A DNA stretch of 64,000 nt, taken from positions 70,928,001-70,992,000 of the forward strand of contig NC_042999.1 of the NCBI RefSeq assembly GCF_006345805.1, read 5' to 3'. Of the stretch, positions 43,036-55,703 are shown one piece after another. A program made the translations under genes and the position numbers. Each line of letters opens with the position of its first letter. Position 1 is the stretch's first letter. The DNA comes from Octopus sinensis (taxonomy: Eukaryota). The notes under the pieces are model-generated. The model was not told the DNA's origin. It was given only the letters and a program-made list of their open reading frames with translations, and did not search any database.

Positions 43036-43589
43036 GAGTGAGAGAGCAGTGCATGCCATCGAAGTGACACTGGGGTAACATATATGAAGCCCAGTTTACC
43101 CATCATGACTACTCGTCTGATAAGGGTACACTAGGCACAAGCATCACAACCATGTGTGCGCGACATGGTAATCTCATATCAAGATAAACAGCACATGACC
43201 TTGCAGGTGGGGCCCAGTTAGAATTTTCATCCGGTCGAGTAACCCATTCCGCTCAAAAGGTCCCTGAATAAGGGTTGTTTAAAGATGTTGAACGAAACAT
43301 CCATGTTTCCAGAGGTGAATTATTCAAACCCCAAAGAATCCCTCTCAACACATGGCTATGATGCTCCCCCACTACTTCTGCTCGTGGTCAGAGATGCACA
43401 TATCGCCAGCCACTAAAGAACATGCTCAACTGGTTAAGGTCAAACAACTGACAAGCAAATCTGTGGTATTGAGCAGAATATTTGCTGTAGTCCATCTTTT
43501 ATACCAAGACAAAACAATGCACATGATAACACTTCCAATCAGTTAAGATGAGAAGCCATGAAGGCCACTGCCTGGTACTGCATCAGGAC
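43036..43589. other. Unassigned 554-bp non-coding insert between TAA tracts
   Basis: Complex sequence with sharp borders into (ATT)n on both sides and no recognisable protein motif. Confidence 0.5.
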
Positions 43590-43635
43590 ATTATTATTAT
43601 TATCATCATCATCATCATCATCATCATCATTATTA

Positions 43636-43676
<41 letters not shown>

Positions 43677-43716
43677 GTTATTATTATTATTATTATCATC
43701 ATTATTATTATTATTA

Positions 43717-46700
43717 CTTTTTTTCTTCTTCTTTCAAATTTTCTTCCATTTCTTGCCGAGTGTCTTCCCGACTCCTAGGGCAAAGAAACTCATAGTGTAT
43801 ATTGGTAGGCCATTAAACCAAACTCAGTAGTTCGTTAATTTTTTTAATTTTTTTTTTTAAGTTAAATTAAAATGCATGAGCAGCAACAGTTCTCACATCG
43901 ACATGCTCTCTCTCAATACGTGTGATGTACCAGTTAAGACAATCTTTTGCACTTCTTGCAGGGATGGTGAGCCAGGGATCATTCTCATATAATTTTCGGT
44001 TCCCTTCTTGATCATTCCTAGTGCTCCTACGATCACTGGTATTGTAACCGCCTTGAGATGCCACATTTTCTCAATTTCAATGAGTAGGTTCTTTATATTT
44101 TCTGAGCTTGTCAAACTCTTTCGCTGAGATATTATGATCACAGGGGATGCTCATGTCGATCAATAAGCAAACTTTATTGTTTTGGTCTTTCACAACAATA
44201 TCTGGTTTATTGGCCTTGATGGTTCGGTCTGTATGTACTGGAAAGTCCCACAGACTGGTTACATTTTCTCCTTCAGTTACAGCCTCAGGGTGGTGATTAT
44301 ACCACTTGTCGGCAGTTTTGATATTGTAATGCCGACTTATTAGCCAGTGGAGATATTGGCCAACTCTGTCATGTCTTAATTTATACTCCACTGGTGCTAA
44401 GACTTTACATCCAGAGATTAGGTGGTCCACTGTTTCAATCATGTCGTTGCAGAATCGGCATTTTGGGTCTGCTCCATTTTTCATCACATTGGCCTGGTAG
44501 TTCCGGGTTGATAGGCTTTGGTCTTGAGCAGCCAGGATGAAACCTTCGCTCTCTGCTTTTAGCCCTGAGCTCCGCAGCCACTGATGGGTTTGCTTCTGGT
44601 CAACATCAGCTTGTTTGCTGCGGGTCACATATTTGCCGTGCAGAGGTTTCTCCTCCCACCTATCAGCCAATTGCTCGTGCGCTTTTTTCATTGCCATCAT
44701 TTCACACCTTCTTTGCAACAATAGTTGCCGTACTTCCCCTCGGGTTGTTCAGTTTGGGTATCCTGCACGAGATCAATAGCAAATTTTTTGCTTTCCTTGA
44801 TGATAGAATGAAGCTTCTTTCGTCTCTCGTGATTTTCCACGAGCTTTAGCATCCAGTAATTCGATATTTCGAGATATTTGGCCAGTCCAATTGTGGTCGT
44901 TTTGTAAGCTAGTTCAAATTGGATCAGGCCTCGACCTCCTTGGGCTCTGGGAAGGTAAAGCGATCTACGTCTGCCTTTGGGTGGTGCATCCTATTACAAC
45001 TCGCAGCTTGCGTATTTTTCTATCTATATTCTTTACTTCACTCATATTCCAGTTCAACACATTGTAGCTATAAGTAACAACTGGAACTTCTAGGGAATTT
45101 ATAGCTAACACCTTGTTACGTGCATTTAGTTCAGATTTCAGGACTGCACGAACTCTCCTATAACATTCCTTCCTGATTTTCTCTTTCATGCTTGCATGCT
45201 GAATACCAGAGCCTTCATTTATCCATAAATATTTGTATGTTTGTTCTTGCTCAAGCTCTCTTATGACTGTGTCAACATCTAACACGACTGAATTTGTGGT
45301 CTTCACTTTCCCTTTCTGGAAAGTGGCCTTGGCACACTTCTCAAGTCCAAACTCCATCCCGATGTCATCGCTGAATGATTTCACGGTGCGCAATAGGCCT
45401 TCAAGTTCATTATTGTCTTTACCATAAAGTTTTAAGTCATCCATATAAAATAGATGGCTTATTTTTTTTATTGGCAATTTTATACCCATACCCTGTTCTG
45501 TTTAATTTCACTTGTAAGGGGTATTAGGGCTATGCAGAATATTAAGGTGAAAGTGAGTCACCTTGAAAAATTCCACAGTTGATGTTTATATTTTCTGAGG
45601 CAAGTACTCCATTAGAGTGGTATAATTGGAGATTCGTATTCCACAACGACATATTGTGCTTCAGGAAGTTTGAAATCACAGGGGAAATTTTGAAGATGTC
45701 CAGCGATCTCAAGATCCATGGATGCGGTATACTGTCGAAGGCCTTTTTATAGTCAATCCATGCGGTGCTGAAATTTCTGCGCTTGTTGTGACAGTTCTCA
45801 AGGATCATACGATTGATTAGCAGTTGATCTTTGCATCCGTAAGAGCCTCGGCGGCACCCTTTGTTCAATGGGGAAAATATCGTTCTTCTCCATGAATGCA
45901 TATGTTTTCTTCCGCCAGGATAGATGTTAGGATTTTATACGTGGTGGATAGACAGGTTATAGGCCGATAGTTTTTTGGAAGGTTGGTTCGTTATTCTTTG
46001 GGAGTAGGTAAGTAATGCCACTTGCTAACCATTCAGGTGTTTTCTTTGGGTCTCTCATAATTCCATTGAGCAGCTGAACTAGCTTACCGTGTGCGCACGG
46101 GAGCGATGCGAGCCAGAAATTCGGCACCCTATCTTTACCGGGGGATTTCCAATTATGGGCCTTCGTGAGTGCCTTTCTTAGGTCTGCTATTGTGATGTCT
46201 TCCCATGCTTGTTGTTGTAAATTTTGGTAGGATCCTTCAGTTTGTATAATCCAGTCTGCATTTATGTGTACGTTCTTCTCTTGTCACTCCAAATCCTTTT
46301 CCAAAAGTTTTGAACTTCTTCCATGGGAGGGGGGTCTTTAACGGTTACTTTCTCCTTCCCTATTTCTCTGTAGAATTTTTTGGCATTGGATGTGAACAGC
46401 TTATTTTGCTTGTAAAACTTGTTTCTCTTCTCAAATCTTCGTATTCTTTGGGCTTTTGCTTGGACTTTTTGTTTCAGCGTTTCTTTTATTGATATCAGTT
46501 CTTCTCTTGGTGAGGATCCAAATTTTCTCTTCATCTTTCTTCCTGTTCTGGATCTTACATCATTTCCACATATTAGTTCATTTAATATTGATATTTCCCC
46601 TCTCATAAATTCAATCTCTTTTTCAATTTTACTTCTCCAGGTTTGATTTCTTCCCAGGTTTTGTTTTCTTTGTTTTTTCGGGGGCATACAGCTGGTTTCA

Positions 46701-47640
46701 ATTGCCCTAGCAGAAGCGTAAATAATTTCATTTAACTCAGTAAAATCAGGTTTTAATTCTCGTATTATTTCATTTGTTACATAGTTGCCAATTTGGATTT
46801 GTTTTTTATTTTGGTTTGTATTTGAGAGTTTATGAAGCGGTTCTCTATCATTCATACTTGTATGTCTTACAACAACTTCAAGCGTATTCAGGATTTTCTG
46901 CCTCATTTCTGCTATAGACTCTCTGTGTTCTTCAGCAAATGCGAGATCTTCAGTTACTGTTGTTTTTTCGTTTTCCTGGCTATCTTTAACAGGTACAATA
47001 GAATTTCTTGTATCTTCAGGCCTTTGCGTACTTTGGTCAGATGGCAGTCTTTCAATTAAGCCTCGTGGCGGGCTATACTGTTCATCTGATTCTTCATTTC
47101 CTTTGTGTCTTATATTTATGTCATTTTCCGTTGCGTGCTTGATCGCGCTTATTTCACTGTCTGTGAGTCTGTTATTTCTAAAGATATCCCTCCTCACATT
47201 TGCTAATTTGTTCTCGTCCAAATAGGGCCTACTGTCTTGATTCCGTGTTCTCCATATACTGTAAGAGTTTGCAGTGTGTCTCTCTTGAGATGGCCTACCT
47301 AATGCATAGTAATAAGCGTATATTACTTCTTTATACTCTTCTCGGGTCCATTTGTTCCGCTTACATTTTTCTTTCTGTGGTGGTTGTGGTGGTGAACTTG
47401 GAGGGCTCGAGTTGGGGGATTTCCCGTTCAAGTGACCATCCATGTCCATATTCGGAGAAGAGTTTGTGCCAGTTGATGACTTTTCGATCCCAGGCTGGCT
47501 CTTCCCTGGGGGACGCGCTTCCAGATTAACCATAGGACAAGCGATTTGGTATACTGATTTAGTTTTCCTTTCAGTTTCCAAAAACATTTTGGTGCTACGA
47601 TAATGTTATCATTTTTGAGCTTTGATTGGCTCGTGGGGAG
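43717..47640 (-). mobile_element. R4/Dong-type non-LTR retrotransposon, near full length, frameshifted (subfamily B)
   Basis: ORF pieces 46262-47587 (N-terminus KWTREEYKEVIYAYY), 45542-45901 (DYKKAFDSIPH, GIFQGDSLSP), 44965-45489 (SHLFYMDDLKL), 44077-44721 (KPLHGKY, AAQDQSL, CRFC...RHD, LWDF...KPDIVV) and 43893-44141. The 3' end runs into (TAA)n. The 5' boundary is approximate. Confidence 0.95.
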
Positions 47641-48079
47641 ACGGCCATCATTGCCGTTACAATTATAATCGTACCATTATAGCAGCCGTAGTCGGCTTAT
47701 TATTGTTATCATCACCACTACCATCACTATCATCATTATCACCACCATTACCATCATCATTATCATCATCACCATCACCATCACCACCATCATCATCAAT
47801 GATATTGTTTTATGTGTAGTCACAGCAGTATCTTATTATTGTTATTTTGTTTTTTATCATTATCACCATCACAGTAGTGTCTGTCTGTCTCGTTGGCTGG
47901 CTTGGTGGTTGGCTGGCTGACTGTCTTTTTTTTTTTTTTTTTTTTTTTCTTTAGGTGCGGTCCTATCGGTCAAAAAAAGTTCAGATGTTTACTACTATTA
48001 GGCTTAAGAAAAATTAAGGAAGGGCGGTTCTGTATTGTTTGTGAATAGAGAAGTTGTTATTATTATTATTATTATTATT

Positions 48080-49926
48080 CTATGTTTGACTTTTGCTTTA
48101 TATTTGTACAAGTTGGCTCCAAGTCTCACCCAGAGACCTCAAGAGACAACAGGGTTGGAAGTTCATGTTGTTGTTATGCCTAGTGTGCCATATATTTGGG
48201 GGGTGGGGATGTTGTACTAATGAATGTCTACAAAAAAAAAGTTTTTTTTTTTTTTTGTTTTTTTTTAAACCGAAAATTATGGTTGTTTTAACTTGAGGTT
48301 ACATAGAGAGTATTTTGCGTAGGATATGAGCAGTTCCCATGAGCACTATCTTTTGAACTTCTGCCATTTTGGGGTTTCCTGGTATCTGAGTTAGGTAGCT
48401 ATCAGCCCTTTTGCTATCATTCCCAGGGCACCTATGACAACAGGTATTGTTTTAGTCTTCAGCTTCCACATTTTGCTGATTTCTATTTCAAGATCTTTAT
48501 ATTTGCTCAGTTTTTGGTAGGTCCTAACAGATACGTTTATATCGATTGGGACAGTCATATCAATAAGGAGGCATGTTCTTTGTTTGAAGTCTTTCAATAT
48601 GATGTGGCCTATTTGCATCTATCTTCCTGTCAGTTTGAATGGTGAAGTTCCAGAGGAGTGAGATGTGGTCATTTTCAAGCACTGGGGGTGGTTTGTGTTC
48701 CCACCAGTTTTTTTTCATGGGGCAAATCCAGGTTTTTACAGATTACCCAGTGAATATATTGTGCAGCTCTATCGTGCCTGTTGAGATACTCTGTAGGCGC
48801 TAGAAGACTGCACTTGGAGACCACATGGTCAATGGTTTCATTTTGTTGCTTGCATACACGACACGTTGGACTGCTTCTGATCTTTAATATGTTGGCCTGG
48901 TAGTTTTCTGTTGGTAGGCATTGATCTTGAGCTGCTATGATAAACCCCTCTGTTTCAGATTTTAAGCCAGAGGCCATTAGCCATTGATGGGTCAGGGTTT
49001 TGTCGATATCTGCATTATTCGCTCTCTTTGGGTATTTGCCATAGAGAGGTTTTTCTTGCCATTTATTATTCAGAATATCTAAGGCCGCAGTTTTGGCACG
49101 GGTTTTCATGCGCCTAGCTTTTTCTGTGCTTGTTTCTTGTATGTCTATCTCTAATCCGAAATTGGCTGTATTCGGAATTCACTTAGATATTCCTTTGCCT
49201 GTTTTGTGACTGAGTATGATGCTTTCTTGTTTTCATGTTTTGAGACAAGTTTTAACATCCAGTCCTCAGAGTTTTTCAGGTAGGTGTCTAGGCCAATTGT
49301 AGCAATCTTCATTGTTATTGCCAGTTGCAAAAGACCACGGCTCCCTCTTTTCTTGGCAGATAGAGTCGTTCTGTATCTGCCTTAGGGTGGTGCATTCTAT
49401 GCATTGTCAACAGTTTCCTTATTTTTTGTCGAGCTGACATATTTCAGTAATTGACCAGTTAACAATATTGAAACTGTAAGTCACGACTGGTATAGCTAAT
49501 GCATTGATTGCTTCGATCCTGTTTCTTGCATTCAGCTCTGTCTTGAGTATTGCTCTCACTCTCCGATAGCATTCTCTCCTGATCCTTTCCTTCATCTCTG
49601 AATGCCTTATTCCGTTCCCTTCAATTACCCCTAGGTACTTGTAGCTCTCCGCTGGGTCTAGTTCTTTTATGACATTCTGTTGGTCAAGGTTAACGTTAGA
49701 TGTTTCTGTCATTTTTCCTTTGATAAAGGTAGCCTTTGCACATTTATCGAGGCCGAATTGCATTCTGATGTCGTCACTGAATTGTTTGACTATCGCTAGT
49801 AAGCCCTTGAGTTGTTGATCATTTTTTGCAAAAAGCTTTAAATCATCCATGTAAACGAGATGATTTATATTTTTATCAAACATTTTATACCCGTACTGCG
49901 CGTCATTGAGCAGCTTTGAGAGAGGT
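48080..49926 (-). mobile_element. R4/Dong-type non-LTR retrotransposon, 5'-truncated (subfamily C)
   Basis: NHLVYMDDLKL, YKYLGV, KPLYGKY, AAQDQCL, CRVC...RHD and LLIDMTVP. (TAA)n at both ends on the sense strand. Confidence 0.94.
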
Positions 49927-49930
49927 ATTA

Positions 49931-49987
<57 letters not shown>

Positions 49988-50264
49988 TTATTGTTAAGTC
50001 GGAAACTGGCGGGGTCGATGAAAGAAATACCGATCAAATCTTGGAGTTGATGGAATCGACTTGTCCCTCCCCCATCACATGTTATCTCGGTATTCCATGT
50101 TTCCAGACTTTCCCCCTGAAAATCTATATTCTTTTCAATTCCAAATATACTTAGGCATTCACTTATTCATTAGTTTGAGATCAAATCATATGCCTTACGG
50201 TAATCGATCCATGACAGTGCCAGATTAGCTTGTCTTCTTTTTCTGTCATTAGAACTGATCTTTC

Positions 50265-50692
50265 GGATCTTTTCGGTTTGAACGGCAGTTTTTAACATAA
50301 TTTCTAGGTAACTAAAAAATTTTAAACTTCGTATACTGGTAGAATGCGTTTATAAAACATCTTTTTCTCTTGGTTTTATTGAGAAAATTCCATAGTTTGT
50401 AAGATATTTGTTGTTTTTTTTTCTTCAATTTCTGCAATTTCAACCACTCACTGACGTATATTGAGGTAAAAAACATTCTGTACCGTATATGTCCCATGTT
50501 TAAGAAACAGATTGGGTTTATTTACATTTCTGAAGAAAAAAAGATACCCTTCCCCCACCCTAACCCTAACCTTAACTAACCCTAACCCTAAAACAGATTG
50601 AAATGCAATAGATCGATACTAGGGTCATAATTATGGGTGACAATTTCATATGACACCGCTAGAAAAAACTGCCGTTCAAACCGAAAAGATCC
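50265..50692. mobile_element. MITE with 29-bp perfect TIRs and 8-bp TSD (Merlin-like by terminal GG and TSD length)
   Basis: TIR GGATCTTTTCGGTTTGAACGGCAGTTTTT; TSD GATCTTTC at 50257-50264 and 50693-50700; internal CCCTAA repeats at about 50558-50590. The superfamily assignment is an inference. Confidence 0.9.
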
Positions 50693-50734
50693 GATCTTTC
50701 GTGCCTCTACATTCCATCTACATTTTTTTGACTT

Positions 50735-50900
50735 CTCGAAGAATATTGTTCCCATTCAAATGTTTATACATCTTATCCACAATTATCCCTGTCAATAACT
50801 TCCATATGAGAGGTAAACGGGATATTGGTCTGTAACTCTCGACAGCGTTTCCTTTCGCCAAGCCTTCATGAATAGAACTGTTCTGCCTTTGGTGAGCCAC
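50735..50900 (-). pseudogene. R4/Dong RT fragment
   Basis: [35 protein letters not shown] (compare NYRPITCLP..WKLLT). Confidence 0.8.
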
Positions 50901-50974
50901 TCTCGTTTTTTTCCCCATTCACTATAACAACACTAAACTGTTCTGCAATCTTTACGTATCACCGATTATTATTA

Positions 50975-51359
50975 TTGCTATACAGAAGCGATACCATCTT
51001 GCATTAGACAAGAAACTCACGAGTGAGGAGAGCTCGGTAACAGGGTGCATTATCGCCGTGAAGAAACCAGATGTTAGGATTACCTGCACGGACCCATATG
51101 ACTGACCAACAGCATCAGCAATGTCATTGATTGTCCTCCAACAATCTCCATGTACAAGCTAATGAATTTTCGCCACATTTCCGGGGTAGACGCTCGTGGC
51201 ATGTCTTCCTGATAGCTCATCGTTTTCCAGGGACGTTTTTCCGCTTTTGAACTGCCCGTGCCACTCGAAACATTGCATACGACCCATTGCCTCGTCTCCG
51301 TATGCAGCCATTTTTGGCACGTCACAGAACTAGTCCAGGAACATTCTGATATCACCTCG
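50975..51359 (-). mobile_element. mariner-like transposon, internally deleted 5' remnant
   Basis: Starts TA-CGAGGTGATATCAG. Translations CFEWHGQFKSGKTSLENDELSGR and RTINDIADAVG are joined to WFLHGDNAP (second catalytic D region). Confidence 0.8.
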
Positions 51360-51529
51360 TACGTAAATGTAGTTGTTCCACTTCGAGAAAAAAAATAGAA
51401 AGCAAAAAGAACAATAAAATGGAATTCTAAAATTATTTCGTTGACAAATTATGACAAACTGTACATACTCACACCCACACACACACACACGCACGCACAC
51501 ACACACACACACATACACACACGCACGCG

Positions 51530-51561
<32 letters not shown>

Positions 51562-51622
51562 CATATATATATACACACAACATGCACACAGTAAATGTAA
51601 AACAGAGAGAGAGAAAGGGAGT

Positions 51623-51657
<35 letters not shown>

Positions 51658-51834
51658 TGTGTGTGTGTGAGAGAGAGTGAGAGAGGTAAAGAGAGAGAGA
51701 GAGAGAGAACTTTTCTACACTCAACATCCTGTAAAGCTGGAGAGAGTGAACGAATTATGGAAAGCAACATTAGCTGAAAACGCTCTGGTCTAAAATCTGA
51801 TGTGGAAAGTCTGATTTTAATTATGAAAGATCAA

Positions 51835-52240
51835 TGTTGTTGGCATCCTTTTGTCTCGGGAGACAATGGAGTTGCGCATAAACTAATCCAGTCTGGTTTT
51901 TACATTTCATGTCCTCTCCAGTTTCCTCTCCAGTTTTGCGCAGGCTTGGACTAGATGTAAGAAAATCCTGGGTAGCCCAATCGTCAGGATTCCTCTCTCG
52001 ACCTTGCTGACGTAGTCAAAAGGAGTGCAGAGCATTACGTTTGGCACCAGCTTGGTAGCTTGGTTGCAGGAGCTGCCGGAAGAGTGTCGAGTCGAACACT
52101 AAACCACCTACGGGGCTCCACCCCGGATTTCTTTGAAGGTTGTCTCCTTTCCGTAACCCTGGATAGGGACCCATACCGGGTACTGTCAGATGGAGCCAGC
52201 TGAACCCGGGACTCGTGTCAGGCAGGGTCGTCACTCACTG
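51835..52240 (-). mobile_element. Internally deleted RTE-type derivative (5' UTR fused to 3' tail)
   Basis: GC-rich 5' block followed by a terminal cattgtctcccgagacaaaaggatgccaacaac(a) stem-loop and short-repeat tail, similar in layout to the RTE 3' end at 60622-60660. No ORF. Family assignment is an inference. Confidence 0.55.
52122..52234 (-). ncRNA. Degenerate HDV-like ribozyme fold
   Basis: P1 GTGAC[GAC]CC/GGGTTAC; P2 CCCGG/CCGGG; P3 TGG/CCA; L3 GTCCCTAT; P1.1 GG directly after P1; P4 AAGG/CCTT; J4/2 CAAAGAA. The order of elements matches the HDV double pseudoknot. Confidence 0.5.
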
Positions 52241-52374
52241 AAGTAATGAAGAAAATCGCTACCCACTACCTACGAAAGATCAATAGTTAGTTGCAAAATG
52301 TACCAATATAAAACAAACAAATGTCAACTGAATACAATAAGGATACAGGAATAATTGACGTTACTTGCGTTTAC

Positions 52375-52676
52375 CTTGTCGTGGCAAAAATAAGCTATAT
52401 CTACATACATGACTGGGAGATATACAGACGGTTTTTCAATAGTATAAACTAAGGCCAAATGTGATAATATATATACGATACTCAGATATTTTAGAATTGG
52501 TTTGGTCTTCTCAGACCCTCTAAAAATTTGTGGGTGTAAAGTGGCTAACATCCTTTCTGAGAATTGTGTGTCCACATCTTCAGGAAAATTAATGTAGAAA
52601 AGCAGTTCAAGATAGCCGGCGTTCTGAGGAGAAAGGATTTGGCATAGAGGTTTCCGGGGAACTAGCGGAAGTGGGT
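52375..52676 (-). CDS. Probable internal coding exon of an unidentified host gene (302 nt, phase 1 to phase 0)
   Basis: 100 stop-free non-repetitive codons (PLPLVPRKPLCQ...DIAYFCHDK) bounded by a pyrimidine-rich acceptor (...tatctctacag) and donor AAG|GTAAAC. No transposon motif. Product not recognised. Confidence 0.62.
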
Positions 52677-52799
52677 CTGTAGAGATAATAAGGGTAATGT
52701 GAGAGGGAGAGATAGAGATAGATAAATAGAGAAAGATAGATAGAGATAAATAGATAGAGAGAGAAAGAGAAAGAGAAAGAAGAGACAGAAAATGAGTGA

Positions 52800-53150
52800 G
52801 ATGTGAGACATGTAAGTCAAAAACAAGTGGAGGTTGCATGAGACTAACTCTACCGTAGAAACGGTAGAAAAGGCTTGCGATATCATATAAGCGAGCCAGG
52901 GTTAGAGTGTATTAGTGAACGGCTTCCAATCAGTTGGGCAGCCTCATTTTGAATGCGATCTAGGATGCCTGTGTGTGTGTGTGTGTGCGTGTGCGTGTGC
53001 GTGTGTGTGTGTAGTAGCAGCACCATCCCATATGTAGGAGAACAATTCCATTGAAGATAATACATGAGAGCTGGTAATCGTTGAGCTGATGGAAGAGTAA
53101 AGTATTTTACTGGCGATAGTTTGGAAGGCCGATAATTTTGATATAGATTT
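52800..53150 (-). mobile_element. Old CR1/Jockey-group LINE 3' fragment split by (TG)n
   Basis: KYFTLPSAQRL...CSPTYG and LDRIQNEAAQLIG resemble MEYCSHIW / LDRIQ.KA.RLI motifs. Confidence 0.55.
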
Positions 53151-53173
53151 TACTTTGTTAAGAATGTTTTTCT

Positions 53174-53264
<91 letters not shown>

Positions 53265-54088
53265 AGAGAGAGAGAGAAAGAGGGAGAGAGAGAGAGTGAG
53301 AAGGACTGAGAGATAGATAGACCTAGATGAGAGCCACTGACGAACTGAGAGTCACCGAAGATCTGGCTATCCCCAGATGTTGTAGGGAGCCTGCCTTCCT
53401 TGTCAGTTATAAGCGCTTTCTCGTGGCTATGAGTTGTTTTGACTCTTATTTCTAGCAATACTTGTGCTAACTAGTGCCATTAGTCATTACTAGTGCAATT
53501 AGTCATTGTGCTAACTAGTGCCATCAGAGGGAGAGGGAAAGGGAGAGATAAATGAAAGTAGTGCAAATGGCAACTGTAGGCTGGATCGGTCCGGGTATGC
53601 ATCTAAAGAACGAAGACTGATATTTGGGGAGAGCCCTTGAAATTGTGGCTCCCTCCATGAGCACAGACAGAGGTCTTTGGGTCCCTCCAGTCTTTGGATC
53701 CCTCTAATCTTTTGGTCTCTCCAGTCTTTTGGTCTCTTCATAGACAGAGTTCTTTCTGTATCAGCAGGACTTCATCATTTATGTGTCTTTTCCATGTTTT
53801 TCCCTCAGATTATTCTTGTAACCCCGCTCCCATGCGTTGTACTTGTCTTTTTATTGGCTTTTTAATTTTTGGCCCTGGTTGTAAATAATCTCCTCTTTTT
53901 CTTCTCCCCCCTCTTCTTCTTCTTCTTCTTCTTCTTCTTCTTCTTCTTCTTCTCTTCTTCTTCTTCTTCTTCTTCTTCTTCTTCTTCTTCTTCTTCTTTT
54001 TCTTTTTCTCCTTCTTTTACTACTGCAACATCTAATCCTACAGCAACAACAACAACAGCAGCAGCAGCAGCATCAGCATCAGCATCAT

Positions 54089-54119
<31 letters not shown>

Positions 54120-54128
54120 AGCAGCATC

Positions 54129-54171
<43 letters not shown>

Positions 54172-54547
54172 ATAGTAGAAAGATAGGTCGAAGAAGGAAA
54201 GACGCATAAAAACATGGAGAGTGGAAAGACGGGAAATAAATGCAGGAAAGAAATAGAAAAGTATGCTGCTGCTGCTGCTGCTGCTGCTGGTGATGATGAT
54301 GATATGATGATGATGACAACCTACCAAAGAAATACGATAGCTCATTGAAGAAATTTGTTTTCATGTTCTTTACGTGCTTTGGACAATCGAATCGATTGGT
54401 GAGGTATTTATGTAGGCGAAGCAGACAGGTACCAAACGAAAAATAAACTAATGGACAACAGAATAACATAGGCTGTTATTTCATTAAGTAACTTCGACAT
54501 GAGTAAAGCTATAATACGGAACAGTTAGTTTCAAGATAGTTCGCACG

Positions 54548-54602
<55 letters not shown>

Positions 54603-55002
54603 TATATAATGTATTTGTATACATTCATATCTCTGTAACTATATATATTTTATGCAAACAAATTCAATAAACAAAGAGGTTTCAAGAATATCTGTTATAT
54701 AATAAATTTATACAAAAGTTACACAAGCAAGACGCTGATTGTATAGTAATAAGCTTGAGGGAAGAGTGATCAAATTCTTTTAACATCGGTGCGTTTTATA
54801 TTAAGTCTTTCTCTAATGAGAGGAAGGAAGCAGTTTAGCATGGGTGGCATGTTTTCAAACTAAGTGAATCTGTGGCGATCCAGGTTCGATTCAAAGTTAT
54901 AACTAATTATATAATTTTTTACGATAAAGGCATGCACGTTTCAGTTCCTAGTAATAACCCAAAGAGCATGATCATCCAATTTCCTGCTCGTACGCACGCA
55001 GA

Positions 55003-55099
<97 letters not shown>

Positions 55100-55186
55100 A
55101 AATATCCACGTATTGACTCAGGTACATATACATATATGCATTTGCAATATACAAGTGAATATAGGTGCATATGAAAGAAACAATGC

Positions 55187-55228
<42 letters not shown>

Positions 55229-55324
55229 CAGCCCCGCACACTCACGCATAGAGAGGTAGATTGGTAGATAGAACCACCTACATATACAGTCACCTACATA
55301 TATTTAGACATATATTTATATATA

Positions 55325-55534
55325 CTGGGTTACCCAAAAGTAGGTTCACAGTTATCATGTAGGCACTTTAAATTTCTTTTAAAACATTTTATTACATTTA
55401 AATTTCTATCTTACAATTAACTAAATTAGCATAGAATAATGGTTTCATATTTTTTTTATAATTAAGATCTAAACTGTTAATATATGAATGTGAAAGAGAT
55501 AGTTGAATAATTGTAAACCTACTTTTGGGCCACC

Positions 55535-55537
<3 letters not shown>
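55325..55537. mobile_element. Tc1/mariner-type MITE (213 bp)
   Basis: TIRs CTGGGTTACCCAAAAGTAGGTTCACAGTTAT and (reverse complement) CAGGGTGGCCCAAAAGTAGGTTTACAATTAT; TA on both sides. Confidence 0.85.
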
Positions 55538-55577
<40 letters not shown>

Positions 55578-55609
55578 AATATATATATATATATATAATA
55601 TATAATACT

Positions 55610-55642
<33 letters not shown>

Positions 55643-55653
55643 TATATATATAT

Positions 55654-55703
<50 letters not shown>

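Noticed and set aside
47590-47710. Search for an HDV-like ribozyme at the 5' end of the long Dong copy
   Set aside because: Local hairpins exist (AGCCG/CGGCT, CGT/ACG, TACGAT/ATCGTA) but they do not fall in P1-P2-P3 order.
53332-53370. AGCCA-CTGACGA...CGAAGATCTGGCT
   Set aside because: It has GAAG instead of GAAA, so the essential A15.1-U16.1 pair is missing. Probably coincidence within a LINE remnant.
53463-53525. Short imperfect tandem repeats containing ACTAGT
   Set aside because: Only two copies of each unit, consistent with a local slippage duplication.
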